Assembly: GCA_002269645.1 (NCBI GenBank)
Contig: NIVC01000565.1
Span: 1 to 35,308, forward strand
DNA length: 35,308 nucleotides
Direction of reading: 5' to 3'
Source: Macrostomum lignano
Lineage: Eukaryota
The notes below the pieces were generated by a model that saw only the letters and a program-made list of their open reading frames with translations, searched no databases and was not told the DNA's origin. Positions 33,601 to 35,308 of the stretch are shown one piece after another (position 1 is the first letter of the stretch; each line of letters opens with the position of its first letter). The position numbers were made by a program, and so were the translations under genes.

Positions 33601-35256
33601 CAACTGTCTGTGTCGACTCCGTGCTCAATGTCGGGCCTGTCGCTTCTGGTACACTCACGCTCGGCGTCTCGACACTGGCGGCGCTTGTGGCTTCCGGTTC
33701 CGCAGTGGAAACAGTAGACGCAGACGCAGTGCTCGCAGTCTCGGCCTCGCTGCTGGGCGTCGCGCCACTGTCGAGCTCTCAACTGTCTGTGTCGACTCCG
33801 TGCTCAATGTCGGGCCTGTCGCTTCTGGTACACTCACGCTCGGCGTCTCGACACTGGCGGCGCTTGTGGCTTCCGGTTCCGCAGTGGAAACAGTAGACGC
33901 AGACGCAGTGCTCGCAGTCTCGGCCTCGCTGCTGGCTCGCGCCGCCACTCACGGTCGAGCTCTCAACTGTCTGTGTCGACTCCGTGCTCAATCGCGGGCC
34001 TGTCTTCTGGTACACTCACGCTCGGCGTCTCGACACTGGCGGCGCTTGTGGCTTCCGGTTCCGCAGTGGAAACAGTAGACGCAGACGCAGTGCTCGCAGT
34101 CTCGGCCTCGCTGCTGGGCGTCGCGCCACTCACGGTCGAGCTCTCAACTGTCTGTGTCGACTCCGTGCTCAATGTCGGGCCTGTCGCTTCTGGTACACTC
34201 ACGCTCGGCGTCTCGACACTGGCGGCGCTTGTGGCTTCCGGTTCCGCAGTGGAAACAGTAGACGCAGACGCAGTGCTCGCAGTCTCGGCCTCGCTGCTGG
34301 GCGTCGCGCCACTCACGGTCGAGCTCTCAACTGTCTGTGTCGACTCCGTGCTCAATGTCGGGCCTGTCGCTTCTGGTACACTCACGCTCGGCGTCTCGAC
34401 ACTGGCGGCGCTTGTGGCTTCCGGTTCCGCAGTGGAAACAGTAGACGCAGACGCAGTGCTCGCAGTCTCGGCCTCGCTGCTGGGCGTCGCGCCACTCACG
34501 GTCGAGCTCTCAACTGTCTGTGTCGACTCCGTGCTCAATGTCGGGCCTGTCGCTTCTGGTACACTCACGCTCGGCGTCTCGACACTGGCGGCGCTTGTGG
34601 CTTCCGGTTCCGCAGTGGAAACAGTAGACGCAGACGCAGTGCTCGCAGTCTCGGCCTCGCTGCTGGGCGTCGCGCCACTCACGGTCGAGCTCTCAACTGT
34701 CTGTGTCGACTCCGTGCTCAATGTCGGGCCTGTCGCTTCTGGTACACTCACGCTCGGCGTCTCGACACTGGCGGCGCTTGTGGCTTCCGGTTCCGCAGTG
34801 GAAACAGTAGACGCAGACGCAGTGCTCGCAGTCTCGGCCTCGCTGCTGGGCGTCGCGCCACTCACGGTCGAGCTCTCAACTGTCTGTGTCGACTCCGTGC
34901 TCAATGTCGGGCCTGTCGCTTCTGGTACACTCACGCTCGGCGTCTCGACACTGGCGGCGCTTGTGGCTTCCGGTTCCGCAGTGGAAACAGTAGACGCAGA
35001 CGCAGTGCTCGCAGTCTCGGCCTCGCTGCTGGGCGTCGCGCCACTCACGGTCGAGCTCTCAACTGTCTGTGTCGACTCCGTGCTCAATGTCGGGCCTGTC
35101 GCTTCTGGTACACTCACGCTCGGCGTCTCGACACTGGCGGCGCTTGTGGCTTCCGGTTCCGCAGTGGAAACAGTAGACGCAGACGCAGTGCTCGCAGTCT
35201 CGGCCTCGCTGCTGGGCGTCGCCACTCACGGTCGAGCTCTCAAACTGTCTGTGTCG
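9651..35256. repeat. Tandem array, 183-bp unit, ~140 copies, ~64% GC
   Basis: tccggttccg recurs at 9721, 9904 and onward (period 183). The 60-nt display lines repeat every 3660 bp (20 units). One SalI (GTCGAC) and one SacI (GAGCTC) site per unit. Confidence 0.99.
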
Positions 35257-35308
35257 TGGCGCTTTTCTTGGGTTTCCATGTTGAAGCAGTAGTTTGCTGT
35301 GTAGTGCT
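9687..35308 (-). CDS. Giant mucin-like (PTS) exon: ~140 x 61-aa repeat STESTQTVESSTVSGATPSSEAETASTASASTVSTAEPEATSAASVETPSVSVPEATGPTL
   Basis: Minus-strand ORF 9627-31982 plus frameshifted continuations up to 35225. Unit has 15 S, 13 T, 10 A, 8 E, 6 V, 5 P. Same strand as the downstream exons. The unique sequence at 35243-35308 also reads S/T-rich (STTQQTTASTWKPKKSATTQTV). The 3' boundary is uncertain; 9687 is the most downstream GTGAGT donor. Confidence 0.75.

Larger units (their letters stand above)
2132..35308 (-). other. Multi-exon gene (5'-truncated by window edge) for a giant papilin/lacunin-like secreted ECM protein: mucin repeat - 2xTSP1-like - 10xKunitz - antistasin-like - 3xIg - antistasin-like
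   Basis: 13 unique exons spliced manually with GT..AG ends and consistent phases into ~1,340 aa of Cys-rich domains, apart from one 1-nt frameshift at ~2673. The order S/T-rich region, Kunitz battery, 3 Ig matches papilin-family architecture (established knowledge). Orthology not tested. Confidence 0.8.

Noticed and set aside
9630-33896. 8088-aa Arg/Cys-rich plus-strand ORF, superficially like a cationic adhesive protein
   Set aside because: Same periodicity artefact. It switches into the other antisense frame at the 31990 indel and has no signal peptide or supporting exon structure. Only stranded RNA-seq showing plus-strand transcription would revive it.
9651-35256. CRISPR array or non-coding satellite interpretation
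   Set aside because: There are no unique spacers and the context is eukaryotic with introns. The unit is a multiple of 3 with a mucin-like frame on the gene strand, which favours a coding VNTR.
1-35308. tRNA, rRNA or prokaryotic operon features
   Set aside because: No supporting sequence or structure seen.

Overview
Eukaryotic (animal) genomic DNA carrying the central and 3' part of one very large, intron-containing gene on the minus strand. I reconstructed 13 unique exons by hand from GT-AG boundaries with consistent phases. Downstream of a ~25.6 kb tandem array (183-bp unit, ~140 copies, encoding a 61-aa Ser/Thr/Glu/Ala-rich mucin-like repeat) they encode 2 TSP1-like repeats, 10 Kunitz/BPTI-like domains (several degenerate), a 12-Cys antistasin-like module, 3 Ig domains and a second 12-Cys antistasin-like module. 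This order resembles papilin/lacunin ECM proteins, here with a ~8,500-aa mucin spacer (>9,800 aa inside the window; the N-terminus lies beyond the right edge, and the C-terminal exon is unresolved). Main observation: the repeat ORF hits a stop at 9627, but every repeat unit carries two in-frame (phase 0) GTGAGT donor motifs that match the phase-0 19-nt micro-exon downstream, so spacer length could be set by splice-donor choice. Other points: two furin-type sites in linkers, a 1-nt frameshift in Ig3, indels confined to the right part of the array (probably sequencing or assembly error), and small transposon remnants and microsatellites. GC-rich exons, short AT-rich introns, no CpG depletion and TTAGGG-like tracts suggest an invertebrate such as a Macrostomum-type flatworm; this is inference only.
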